From positions 122,819 to 186,818 of the forward strand of contig CAWESO010000019.1 in NCBI GenBank assembly GCA_963811775.1: a stretch of DNA of 64,000 bases, written 5' to 3'. The translations under genes were made by a program, and so were the position numbers. Below are positions 38,651 to 47,219 of this stretch, piece by piece (position 1 is the stretch's first letter; each line of letters begins with the position of its first letter). Under the pieces are notes generated by a model that saw nothing but the letters and a program-made list of their open reading frames with translations, searched no databases and was not told where the DNA came from. Source of the stretch: an uncultured Acidimicrobiales bacterium. GTDB lineage: Bacteria > Actinomycetota > Acidimicrobiia > Acidimicrobiales > UBA8190.

Positions 38651-39415
38651 CTACTCGCCGTCTTCGTCGTCGGGAGGTGCGTTCTGGATGATCATGGGCC
38701 CGTCGTTGCGCGGGCTGTTCACGGCCTTGTCGACGGGATGCCGGACGAGCGTGCCCTTGGGCGCGGGGAGCAGCAGCTTGGCGAGCGCCTCGGTGTCGTG
38801 CTGGTCGGGGTCGAGCCACCGGTCGAAGTCGGGACGCTCGATGATCACGGGCATCCGGTCGTGGACGTCGACCATGTCGGCGCCGGCATTGGTGGTGATG
38901 ATGGTGCAGGTGCGGAGCATCGTCTCGGGGTCCGGCTCCGCCGAGCGCGTCTTGTCCCACCACGTCTCGTATAAACCGGCGAAGGTAAGAGGCTGGCCGT
39001 CGGCCCGGCGGAAATAGAAGGGGACCTTGCGCTTGGGGCTGTCGGGATCAGGGACCTGCCACTCGAAGAACCCGTCCACCACGACCAGGCAACGGTGGTT
39101 GGCGAAGGCCGAGCGGTAGGCGGGCTTCGTGGTCACGGTCTCGGCCCGGGCGTTGATCATCTTGTAGCCCGTCCGGGGGTCCTTGGCCCAATGGGGGACG
39201 AGGCCCCACCGCAGGACGTCCAAAACCCTTTCGTGGACTTCGGTTCTCTCCCCCGACTCAGTGCGCTGATGGTGCTCGGTGATTGCGGGAACCCCCCGCG
39301 CCGGCGGCACGTTCCAGCTCGGCCTGCCGTCGGGGTTAACTCCAGCCGCGAGTTGGACCTCGAGCATCCGCGCCAACTGCGACGGGGGAGTGTGAATGTC
39401 GACGCGCCCGCACAC
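38651..39415 (-). CDS. SOS-response-associated peptidase (SRAP/YedK family, abasic-site DNA-protein crosslinking)
   Basis: Hidden in the 473-aa ORF 38651..40072. The GTG at 39415-39413 is followed directly by TGC, giving fM-CGRVDIH..., the invariant N-terminal Cys2 of SRAP proteins. Also contains WGLVPHWAKD, MINARAETV, DGFFEW and DRMPVI. Confidence 0.85.
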   Translation of the reverse strand: MCGRVDIHTPPSQLARMLEVQLAAGVNPDGRPSWNVPPARGVPAITEHHQRTESGERTEVHERVLDVLRWGLVPHWAKDPRTGYKMINARAETVTTKPAYRSAFANHRCLVVVDGFFEWQVPDPDSPKRKVPFYFRRADGQPLTFAGLYETWWDKTRSAEPDPETMLRTCTIITTNAGADMVDVHDRMPVIIERPDFDRWLDPDQHDTEALAKLLLPAPKGTLVRHPVDKAVNSPRNDGPMIIQNAPPDDEDGE

Positions 39416-39497
39416 GCCTCGAGCATATGGTTTGTCCGCTGGGCCGCGGATCGGGGGTAGTGGGGCCAGTTTGAGGGTTCCTTGAGCTAGGTGAAGC

Positions 39498-40442
39498 TCA
39501 CCAGACACGCAGGCTGCCCTCCGGGCTCCAACCTTCGAGAATCTCGCGGCCTCGGGCCTTGTCCAGGGCCAGGTCGAACGCCACCACGACTGCGGTAGCG
39601 ACGGGGAAACCGCCACGAGAAGCGGCCGGCGCCAGGGACAGGGCGTAGCGGGACGGGCAGACGGCGATCTCTGCCGCCGTCCAACCACCCGACGCTCCGT
39701 AGGCAGATGCGATGGCTGCGACGTCGGCGTCGTCGGCGACATAGAGCTGCGGCCAGTTCGTGCCCGCTGCAATCGGAGCCCCGAGTGCCAGCGTCCCCGC
39801 CGTTCCCGACAGTCGGTAGCGGTCGCCTGGTTCGGGCATCGGCTCAGTAGAGAGCGGTATCCAACGCGGCCTCCATCTGTCGGCGGCGTCCCAGAACAGC
39901 TCGGGCACGACTGGGCGGTTCCCGCGCTCCACCAGACCTTCACGACGAAGGGCGGTGAGAATCTCCGACACCCTGCCCGGTGATCGACCGATCTTCCGAG
40001 CCAGTTCGTTGACCCCGATGGATGTATCCGGAGACGTGAGGAGCGCGACGCAGACGTCGAAGCCCGTGCCACTCAAGATGTCAGCAACTCGAGGTGGAGG
40101 GGGTGCCGCGGTCCTCGGTCCGTCGGCGTTCACATACAGGCCAGGCGCCCTGATCCATAAGTGGCCTCGCCGGTCCAGCCAGGCGACGTCAGCGTCACTC
40201 AGACGTTGCCTTGCGACCGCCGAGATTCGATCGGCGACAACCAGCATCGGCGCCACGCCGGATCGCTGCTGGCCCTCGGCGATGAGGGCCGCATCGCCCT
40301 CGCGGACAACGCTCGTCTCCTTCACGACCAGGTCCGCACCACCGACACGAACCCCACCGACTCGTGATCGCTCGAAGTCGACGCCGGCCGCGACCAAGGC
40401 CCGCTCCAGATCATCATTCTCTACTCGTGGATCCACGGACAT
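39498..40442 (-). CDS. Hypothetical protein with a central winged-HTH (MarR/IclR-like), divergent from the Fic gene
   Basis: ORF track, 314 aa. wHTH stretch IGVNELARKIGRSPGRVSEILTALRREGLVER. I cannot assign the N- and C-terminal domains. Confidence 0.5.
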   Translation of the reverse strand: MSVDPRVENDDLERALVAAGVDFERSRVGGVRVGGADLVVKETSVVREGDAALIAEGQQRSGVAPMLVVADRISAVARQRLSDADVAWLDRRGHLWIRAPGLYVNADGPRTAAPPPPRVADILSGTGFDVCVALLTSPDTSIGVNELARKIGRSPGRVSEILTALRREGLVERGNRPVVPELFWDAADRWRPRWIPLSTEPMPEPGDRYRLSGTAGTLALGAPIAAGTNWPQLYVADDADVAAIASAYGASGGWTAAEIAVCPSRYALSLAPAASRGGFPVATAVVVAFDLALDKARGREILEGWSPEGSLRVW

Positions 40443-40491
40443 AGGGTTAGGCAGTTATCAACCAACTTGGTATTTGTTATTATACGACTCA
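40443..40491. promoter_or_regulatory. AT-rich divergent intergenic region (probable promoters of 39498..40442 and the Fic gene)
   Basis: atagggttaggcagttatcaaccaacttggtatttgttattatacgactcaatg is by far the most AT-rich 50 nt in the window. It contains TTGGTA..N..TATTATAC-like elements. Confidence 0.45.
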
Positions 40492-41685
40492 ATGATGGAA
40501 ACAAACCGAAAATCAACCGTGTTGTTTCAAACCCCGGAGGCCGACGAAATCGAGCTTCAGGTCCTAACCCAGATCGAGGATCTGAAGAAGAAGCTCCGCT
40601 GGCAGCTCAGCGAGCCGCGCCGCTGGTTCGGCTCATTGCGGCGTATGCAGTTCGCCAAAGCGGTTCAGGGCTCGAACAGCATCGAGGGGTTTGACGCCAC
40701 CCTCGATGATGCTGCCGCCATCGATCTCGGCGAGGAGCCCCTTGATGCCGATGAAGAGACTCACCTTGCCGTGAAGGGGTATCGGGACGCAATGACCTAC
40801 GTCGTTCAGTTGGCTGGTGAGCCCGACTTCACATACTCAGAGCAGCTTCTGAAGAGTTTGCATTTCATGATGACCAGCTATGACCTGAAGCTGCGCCCCG
40901 GGCTTTGGCGAGCCGGGTCCATCTACGTCCGAAGAGACGAATCAGAAGAGATCGTCTACGAAGGTCCGGACGTTGACCTAGTGCCCGACCTCATGAGTAA
41001 GCTCGTTGATAGTCTCAACGTGTCCGACGAGGCTCCCCCGATGGTGCGTGCCGCTATGGCCCACCTCGATCTGGTCATGGTGCATCCATTCAGGGATGGC
41101 AACGGACGAATGGGTCGGGCTTTGCAGACCCTCGTGCTGGCCCGAGAAGGGATTCTCTCCCCTGTCTTTTGCAGTATTGAGGAGTATTTGGGACGCAACA
41201 CCGAGGAGTACTACGAGGTTTTGGGCAGAGTAGGAGCGGGGTCATGGCATCCCAGCCGAGATGCCCGGCCGTGGGTGCGATTCAATTTCTCAGCTCATCT
41301 CCGCCAAGCCAAGACCCTCCTGCGGCGTGTCAAAGAGAGCGAACAGCTCTGGGACAGATTGGAAAGGGCGATCACACCCTCCTCTGTGCCTGATCGAACG
41401 ATCCCTGTCCTATGGGACGCAGCCATGGGATATCGAGTTCGGAACGCGACGTACAGAGCGATCTTTGAGGAGATCGGGGAGCCCATTAGTGAGGCAGTCG
41501 CTGGCAGGGATTTGCGCCAGCTCGTGGAGGCCGGACTTCTCATTCCGAAGGGCGAGCGCCGCGGTCGGCATTACCTCCGTAGTCCCGAGTTGCGGAGCTA
41601 TCGCGAGGCCATCGTTCAGGCGCGAGATCCCCGGGATGATTCCGACCCCTTTGCTGCGCGGTCTGACCGCCGCGCTTCCACCTAA
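40492..41685 (+). CDS. Fic-family protein (AMPylase-type), class II with an N-terminal inhibitory helix and a C-terminal wHTH-like domain
   Basis: 3' part of ORF 39955..41685; start at ATG 40492 (MMETNRK). Fic core motif HPFRDGNGRMGR. Inhibitory motif (S/T)xxxE(G/N) present as SNSIEG upstream of the core. Confidence 0.9.
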   Translation: MMETNRKSTVLFQTPEADEIELQVLTQIEDLKKKLRWQLSEPRRWFGSLRRMQFAKAVQGSNSIEGFDATLDDAAAIDLGEEPLDADEETHLAVKGYRDAMTYVVQLAGEPDFTYSEQLLKSLHFMMTSYDLKLRPGLWRAGSIYVRRDESEEIVYEGPDVDLVPDLMSKLVDSLNVSDEAPPMVRAAMAHLDLVMVHPFRDGNGRMGRALQTLVLAREGILSPVFCSIEEYLGRNTEEYYEVLGRVGAGSWHPSRDARPWVRFNFSAHLRQAKTLLRRVKESEQLWDRLERAITPSSVPDRTIPVLWDAAMGYRVRNATYRAIFEEIGEPISEAVAGRDLRQLVEAGLLIPKGERRGRHYLRSPELRSYREAIVQARDPRDDSDPFAARSDRRAST

Positions 41686-41922
41686 CCTCCGCGGCCTTCC
41701 GGGCAGAATCGGACCGCTCTTCGGTTGTCATGCCTGCGGTTCTCGCCTTGCCACCCTTCTGGCCTCCCTTGCGCCCCAATTCCCTCCCTTGCGGTCCAAT
41801 TCGACCGCGACCGGGTCCTTCGCTTCATAGGGATGGGCTTCAGGCTCATGGGTCGTGGTCTGCACGACAACGGCCGCGGCCATCGAGTTCAGATCGCGGG
41901 GCATGCTTGCCCGCTTGATCAT
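41540..41922 (-). pseudogene. Small KGG-motif protein gene (..DPVAVELGRKGGQKGGKARTAGMTTEERSDSARKAAEVRW..) disrupted by an imperfect 20-bp tandem duplication
   Basis: ORF 41728..41922 ends ...DPVAVELDRKGG and then turns to nonsense. ORF 41540..41779 (TTG start) begins GRKGGQKGGKAR... in another frame. The units at 41761-41780 and 41781-41800 match at 16/20 positions. Removing one unit restores a 120-codon frame. Confidence 0.4.
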
Positions 41923-41994
41923 TCGACCGGCCTACGTTTCAGGCCCCCGGCGTCAACGCCTCGGCCGATTCAAACTTACCCACTACCGGTCGGG

Positions 41995-42132
41995 TTAACG
42001 ACAGTGTTCGGTTCCGATCGTGTGCTGTCCGTTTATTACGCAGAAAACGGATTTGGCCGGTCGATCGGCGTCAGCAAGGTCGTCGGCGAGGTTCTCAGCA
42101 AACTCTGCGCGACACAATTTTCGAGTGTTCAT
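41995..42132 (-). CDS. Hypothetical 45-aa protein
   Basis: This is the internal ATG of ORF 41995..42255, preceded by GGAGGA at a 9-nt spacing. Product: MNTRKLCRAEFAENLADDLADADRPAKSVFCVINGQHTIGTEHCR. No family recognised. Confidence 0.3.
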   Translation of the reverse strand: MNTRKLCRAEFAENLADDLADADRPAKSVFCVINGQHTIGTEHCR

Positions 42133-42271
42133 TGCTACGAGTCCTCCGCTCCATGTCCGCACTTCGCTCGCTGCCGTGATGCCGGCGCCAGGCCTGAACG
42201 AAGGAGCGGCGGTGGCGGTGCGCTCTGGTTCAGTGAGAAACCCGAGTTGCCACATGACGTCACTCCTCGTA

Positions 42272-42340
42272 GTCTCCCCACGTTAAGTGGGGAGACCATC
42301 TCCAAGAGAAGACTGATCCGGGGGGGGTTTTGATGGTCTC
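42272..42340. other. Nested inverted repeats. One is a perfect 10-bp stem (GTCTCCCCAC gttaa GTGGGGAGAC, 42272-42296). The other is a 9-bp pair, GAGACCATC (42292-42300) with GATGGTCTC (42332-42340), flanking a G8T4 tract.
   Basis: Read directly. The element lies in non-coding, lower-GC DNA between the small minus-strand ORFs and the first Tad-associated gene. Confidence 0.7.
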
Positions 42341-42474
42341 AAGCCGAGCGAGTACGTTACGTGGTCACAGAACCGTAACGCGCGCGCAAACAAACAGTCG
42401 TATCGGAGTCGACCCCCACGGCGTGGTCTCCAAATGGATCGGCATTCCGTTCATTCGGACGAACGGGACGTCCG

Positions 42475-43377
42475 ATGGCTGACAGGCACAGCGCGCTCAG
42501 GTCCCGGTCCCGGAGGATGTGGATCGGGATCGCCTTGGTGGTCTTTGTCGCCTCGCAGGGGGCATTCGCGGCGTGGGCAGCAACGACGTCGAGCTCGGCT
42601 TCCGACGGTGGAGGCACCGTCAGGGTCGGTGCGGCCAGTCAAAGCTCGACACCCGGTCGGACGGCACGTCGAGGCCCCATCAGGAGCGCGAGCTCTGGCT
42701 TGGCCTGTACGTACGTTCCACTCCCCGCGAAGGATGCCGCGACGATTGGACCGGGCGGTCCGACGCCTGGGAGCTGGTTTTTTGTCAAATGTCCCGGCAG
42801 GACCCTGACGATCTACAACGGCGCCATTTCATGGTTCCCGTCGGCGCCTGCAACCGCGCCGTCGACAGCGGTTTCGCCCAGCGCACTGGCCACGCGAGCA
42901 GCGGATTCCCTGACCCTTCCGCCGCCCGCCGCGAGCGTGAACCCGACCGCGTTCAGCATCGTGAATTTGGCGACATGGCTCTGGATCGATCCTCAGATCT
43001 GGCACCCGTTCAGAGCATCGGCGACGGCAGGAGGAGTGACCGCGACGGCCGTAGCCGTGCCGGACACCGTGTCGTGGTCGATGGGAGACGGGCACATCGT
43101 CACATGCGACGGTCCCGGGTCTCCGTATCAGCCGACGATCCCGCCCGACGCTCAATCGACTGACTGTTCGTATACCTACCGCACGTCGTCTGCCGGCCAG
43201 CCCAGCAGTGACGGCGATCCGAACGACGACGCTTTCACGGTCACAGCGACGATCACGTGGACAGTGAGCTGGACCTCCACTGGGTCCACAGGTGGCGGGG
43301 TCCTGCCGCCCCTTCAAACCAGTTCGACGATTCCGATACGCGTCGAACAGGTCGAATCCATCGGAACCGCGGGCTAA
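42475..43377 (+). CDS. Secreted or membrane-anchored hypothetical protein, first gene of the Tad cluster
   Basis: ORF track, 300 aa. N-terminal RSRSRRMWIGIALVVFVASQGAFAAWA (signal or anchor). The C-terminal domain has conserved-looking Trp and Cys residues (NLATWLWIDPQIW, VSWSMGDGHIVTCDGPGSPY, STDCSYTY). It ends 23 nt before cpaB. Confidence 0.55.
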   Translation: MADRHSALRSRSRRMWIGIALVVFVASQGAFAAWAATTSSSASDGGGTVRVGAASQSSTPGRTARRGPIRSASSGLACTYVPLPAKDAATIGPGGPTPGSWFFVKCPGRTLTIYNGAISWFPSAPATAPSTAVSPSALATRAADSLTLPPPAASVNPTAFSIVNLATWLWIDPQIWHPFRASATAGGVTATAVAVPDTVSWSMGDGHIVTCDGPGSPYQPTIPPDAQSTDCSYTYRTSSAGQPSSDGDPNDDAFTVTATITWTVSWTSTGSTGGGVLPPLQTSSTIPIRVEQVESIGTAG

Positions 43378-43400
43378 CCGCAAAACGCGCCGCCATCGTC

Positions 43401-44123
43401 ATGTCCACGATCATCAACCGCCAAGCCGCGAACCAGCAGACGTCAGACCCTCCTCGATTCCTCGGGACCGGCTATCGCCGTCGGCCGATCCTCGCGGTCG
43501 CGTCCGTGGTCCTGATGACATCCTGTGTTGCGGTATTCACCAGCGTCTACCTGCATGCTGGGAAGAAAGTCGCCGTCCTGGCCTTGGCTCGTGACGTCCC
43601 AGAGGGACAGCCGATCACAAGAAACGATCTCTCGGTGGTGGGCGTCGCGTTCTCCCGAGGCTTGACTCCGATCCTGGCCCAAGACGCGAGCCGTGTCGTC
43701 GGCCAAACGGCGGCCGTCTCGCTGGTGCGAGGGACGCTGGTCACGCAAGCCGAACTCGCTGACCGCGGAGAACCATCCAATGGTTCCGCGATTGTGGGGG
43801 TGGCGACAAAGGTTGGTCAGCTCCCGGCGGGTGGAGTGGCCGATGGTGACACGGTGGATGTCGTCCTCACAGGATCCCTGAGCACGCTCACGGATGGATC
43901 ACCTGATGGTGGATCGTCGGATGCGTCATCGCCCGCTGGGGCAGTAGAGATCGGTGGCATTTTGGCTCAGGGAGCCACGGTCACTGATGTGGCCCAGCCC
44001 ACGTCTTCAGATCCGGACACGGTTGTCGTGTCCGTTTCGATCCGGTCCTCGTTAGCCCCACTTGTCGCAAGCGCCTCCGCGGCTGGACAGGCCGCTCTCG
44101 TGCTGGTCGCGCCCAACGCATGA
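43401..44123 (+). CDS. cpaB: Flp pilus assembly protein CpaB/RcpC-like (SAF domain)
   Basis: 3' part of ORF 43257..44123; start at ATG 43401. N-terminal TM segment ILAVASVVLMTSCVAVFTSVYL, followed by a SAF-like region ALARDVPEGQPITRNDL. Confidence 0.75.
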   Translation: MSTIINRQAANQQTSDPPRFLGTGYRRRPILAVASVVLMTSCVAVFTSVYLHAGKKVAVLALARDVPEGQPITRNDLSVVGVAFSRGLTPILAQDASRVVGQTAAVSLVRGTLVTQAELADRGEPSNGSAIVGVATKVGQLPAGGVADGDTVDVVLTGSLSTLTDGSPDGGSSDASSPAGAVEIGGILAQGATVTDVAQPTSSDPDTVVVSVSIRSSLAPLVASASAAGQAALVLVAPNA

Positions 44124-44953
44124 CGTTGATTGCATTCTGCTCGGGCAAGGGTTCACCTGGAGTCTCGACATTGGCATGCGTGGCCGGGGCTGTATGGCCC
44201 TCGAACAGGCCCATCGTGCTGGCCGAATGTGATCCCTCGGGCAATGATCTCGCGGCGCGCTTCGGGCTATCTCCCCGGATCGGCATGACGAGCCTGGTCC
44301 TCGCCCATCGACACCGCGAGCACGCTGAACCAACGTTCGACGCCCACTTGCAGTCTCTGCCGGGGGGTCTTGAAGTGCTGGTTGGCCCGGTGAACCCGGA
44401 CGCATCGGGCAGCCTGGACACGGAGTTGAGCACAGTGGGAGTGGCCATCTTCCCGAAGGCAGTCGACATCCTTGTCGATTGCGGGAGAGTCCTGGGCGGC
44501 ACGGCCGGTCAGTTAGCGATCTTGCAGTCAGCTGATCGTGTCGTGGTCGTGAGCCGGCCAGATATCTCCGACCTTGCGCATGCCCTATGGACGCTTGATC
44601 TTGTTCGGGATCTGGCCCCTAATGCCGAGGCCTCATTCGTACTCGTCGGGTCGGGTCGATTCGGATTCGCCGAGATCGAGCAGGCACTTGGAGTTGCGCC
44701 TCTCGGGGTGATCCCCCTCGACGCGAAATCGGCCGCGATGGTGTGCGGGCTACCGGGCAGAGCCAAACGATTCGCCCGGAGTGCCCTTGTGGATGCCGCA
44801 CGACAGCTGGTGGACCGGCTGATCCCTCCCACCACTCGAGACGCCGTCAACTCCGAGATTGAGGAGACAAGCCAGCACCCAAAGTCGATGACCCTTCCCG
44901 TGTTGAGCCACAGCCTGGAGTCTTCGGCTTGCTCCAAAGGTGATCCCCCGTGA
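44120..44953 (+). CDS. ParA/MinD-fold TadZ/CpaE (Ssd)-like pilus localisation ATPase with a deviant Walker A
   Basis: ORF track, 277 aa. Contains IAFCSGKGSPGVSTLA (deviant P-loop) and VLVDCG (Walker B-like). The ATGA overlaps cpaB. Confidence 0.7.
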   Translation: MTLIAFCSGKGSPGVSTLACVAGAVWPSNRPIVLAECDPSGNDLAARFGLSPRIGMTSLVLAHRHREHAEPTFDAHLQSLPGGLEVLVGPVNPDASGSLDTELSTVGVAIFPKAVDILVDCGRVLGGTAGQLAILQSADRVVVVSRPDISDLAHALWTLDLVRDLAPNAEASFVLVGSGRFGFAEIEQALGVAPLGVIPLDAKSAAMVCGLPGRAKRFARSALVDAARQLVDRLIPPTTRDAVNSEIEETSQHPKSMTLPVLSHSLESSACSKGDPP

Positions 44954-46347
44954 TGTCGACCGATCACCTGACGTCGTTGGTGGGGAGGCTTCGCGTCGAG
45001 GTTGCCGATGACCTGTCTGCAGTCACCGGACACGAGTTGGGGATCGATGATCGTCGCGAGCTCGCTCGAACACTGACTTTGGCTCGCCTCGAACGCCTGG
45101 CGGCGGAGACGGTCGGAGCAGGTGACAAACCGCTCGGAGTGGCAGAGGAGCAGCGTGTCGCCCGAGCCGTGCTGGACGCCCTGTTCGGCCTGGGACGCCT
45201 GCAATCACTCATCGATCAGCAAGACATCGAGAACATCGACGTGAACGGATGCGACTGTGTGTGGGTCACCTACGCGGACGGGATGAAGGAACGTGTCGAT
45301 CCCGCAGCCGACTCGGATGCCGAGTTGGCCGAGATCATCCGGTCGGCGGCAGCCCGCTTCGGTCTCTCAGAACGACGATTTGACGTCTCTCACCCGGAGT
45401 TGGACCTGCGCCTCCCTGACGGAAGTCGCCTCTCGGCACTGATGTCGGTCGTCGGTCGGCCTGTTGTGTCGATCCGACGTCACCGGTACGTCGATCTCAC
45501 GCTGGAGGATCTTGTGGAGATGGGCGGGCTCGACCCGACTCTGTCGAGCTTCCTGGCCGCTGCCGTTCGAGCCCGGAAGAACATCGTCATCGGTGGCGCG
45601 ATGAACTCTGGCAAGACCACGTTGGTACGGGCGTTGGCTTCTGCCATCCCTCCCCGAGAACGAGTCGTGACAATCGAACAGGCCTTCGAGCTTGGGCTCG
45701 ATTCGATTCCAGATCGACATCCCGACCTCGTCGCCCTCGAGGCTCGACCCGCGAACGCGGAAGGAGAGGGGCAGATTTCTATGGCGCGGCTTGTGCGAAG
45801 AGCGCTACGAATGAATGCCGACCGGGTGATCGTGGGCGAGGTGCTTGGTGACGAAGTCCTTCCCATGCTCAACGCCATGAGCCAGGGTCGCTCAGGGTCG
45901 ATGTGCACCATTCATGCCGACTCATCGCTTGGGATCTTCCGTCGATTGGCTTCCTATGCGATTCAAGCGCCAGAGCACCTTCCCGTGGAGTCCACCAATC
46001 TGCTCATTGCAGGGGCAATCCATTTTGCCGTCTTCGTCGAGGTCGCCGACATCGACACACCTTCGGTCGATATGCGCTACCTGAGCGGCTGGCAAAAGGA
46101 TGTACTCACTCAGGGGCGTGAATCTGGTCGCGTTCGATTCGAGGCTCTGAAGAGACGCCGTTTAGTCTCCTCCGTCCAAGAAGTTGTTGGGTCAGAAGGT
46201 CTGAACGTGATTTCGAACGAGGTCTATCGCGCCAACTCCGACGGCTCGATATCTCAGGTCGCACCACTGCGGACTGCAACTCTGGAGGAGCTGGTCAGAC
46301 ACGGATTCGAACCGTCCTTGCGAAGTTCAGAGGTCGCATCGTGGTGA
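44950..46347 (+). CDS. tadA: CpaF/TadA-family type II/IV secretion ATPase
   Basis: ORF track, 465 aa. Walker A GGAMNSGKTT, Asp-box and Walker B RVIVGEV, His-box GSMCTIHA. Confidence 0.95.
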   Translation: MMSTDHLTSLVGRLRVEVADDLSAVTGHELGIDDRRELARTLTLARLERLAAETVGAGDKPLGVAEEQRVARAVLDALFGLGRLQSLIDQQDIENIDVNGCDCVWVTYADGMKERVDPAADSDAELAEIIRSAAARFGLSERRFDVSHPELDLRLPDGSRLSALMSVVGRPVVSIRRHRYVDLTLEDLVEMGGLDPTLSSFLAAAVRARKNIVIGGAMNSGKTTLVRALASAIPPRERVVTIEQAFELGLDSIPDRHPDLVALEARPANAEGEGQISMARLVRRALRMNADRVIVGEVLGDEVLPMLNAMSQGRSGSMCTIHADSSLGIFRRLASYAIQAPEHLPVESTNLLIAGAIHFAVFVEVADIDTPSVDMRYLSGWQKDVLTQGRESGRVRFEALKRRRLVSSVQEVVGSEGLNVISNEVYRANSDGSISQVAPLRTATLEELVRHGFEPSLRSSEVASW

Positions 46348-47219
46348 TGACTCCGGTTGTGGCGATGCTAGGGCTCGGCACAGGCATAGGGATGGTCGGG
46401 ATTGCCGGCGTCTTGTTACCGATGTCGAGCCCGGACCTGTCTAGGGGGGTCTCCCATCCCCTGGAGTCCTCTGTGCGGGGACGAGGCTTCAGCTCGGCCG
46501 TGGTGGCGTCGATGCGTCGAGCCGCCGTCCCGATCGGCGTTGGACTGCTTTGTGTTCTTGTGACCCGATGGCTCGTGGCCGGCCTGTTGGGTGGGCTTGC
46601 TGCGGCCACATTGCCGAGCAGCCTCCACAAGGCACAGCCTGGTGCAACGTCGAAGACGGCCGAGGCGGTGGCTACATGGACCGAGTTGATCCGAGACTCC
46701 TTGGCGGCATCAGCAGGCCTGGCGCAGGCGATCGTTGTCACAGCTTCGTCGGCGCCCGTACCGATTCGACCGCAAGTCGACGCCTTGGCGACGCGGCTGG
46801 CCAACGGCATCCCCCTCGAGGCCGGATTGCGCTCTTTTGCCCTCGAGGTCGATGACGCGTCTGCCGAATTCCTTGTCTGCGCTCTGCTCCTTGCCGCCAC
46901 AGCGAGGTCCCAGCGGCTGGTAGAGGTTCTCAGCGCTCTCGCGGAGTCCGTCCGGGAAGACGTCTCGATGAATCTCCGAGTCGACGCAAGCCGCACGTCG
47001 GCGCGAAGCAGTGTCCGAACCATCGTGATCTTCTCGCTGGTGTTCGCGTCCGCATTGGCGCTTCTCGCCCATTCGTATCTCAGCCCCTTCGGGACCGCGG
47101 TCGGGCAACTCGTTCTGGGAGCCGTGGGGTTGCTCTATGCCCTCGGAATATCGCTCATGATCCGACTCGTTCGCCCAGCGGGTTCACCCAGGTTGCTGGA
47201 AGCGGAGGCAATCGAATGA
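46341..47219 (+). CDS. tadB: TadB-like type II secretion system F-family membrane protein
   Basis: ORF track, 292 aa. Polytopic, in the T2SSF position after tadA, and overlaps the tadA stop. Confidence 0.8.
   Translation: MVMTPVVAMLGLGTGIGMVGIAGVLLPMSSPDLSRGVSHPLESSVRGRGFSSAVVASMRRAAVPIGVGLLCVLVTRWLVAGLLGGLAAATLPSSLHKAQPGATSKTAEAVATWTELIRDSLAASAGLAQAIVVTASSAPVPIRPQVDALATRLANGIPLEAGLRSFALEVDDASAEFLVCALLLAATARSQRLVEVLSALAESVREDVSMNLRVDASRTSARSSVRTIVIFSLVFASALALLAHSYLSPFGTAVGQLVLGAVGLLYALGISLMIRLVRPAGSPRLLEAEAIE

Noticed and set aside
39416-39500. att-type direct repeats, integrase or tRNA flanking the lower-GC segment
   Set aside because: Comparing the left (39.4-40.5 kb) and right (53.3-53.7 kb) borders by eye gave no shared repeat of 12 nt or more. 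No recombinase gene is present. I therefore do not call this a mobile element.
40492-41685. Fic gene as the toxin of a class-I Fic/antitoxin (VbhT/VbhA-like) pair
   Set aside because: The inhibitory (S/T)xxxE(G/N) motif is inside the Fic protein itself (class II). No small antitoxin ORF carrying that motif is adjacent.
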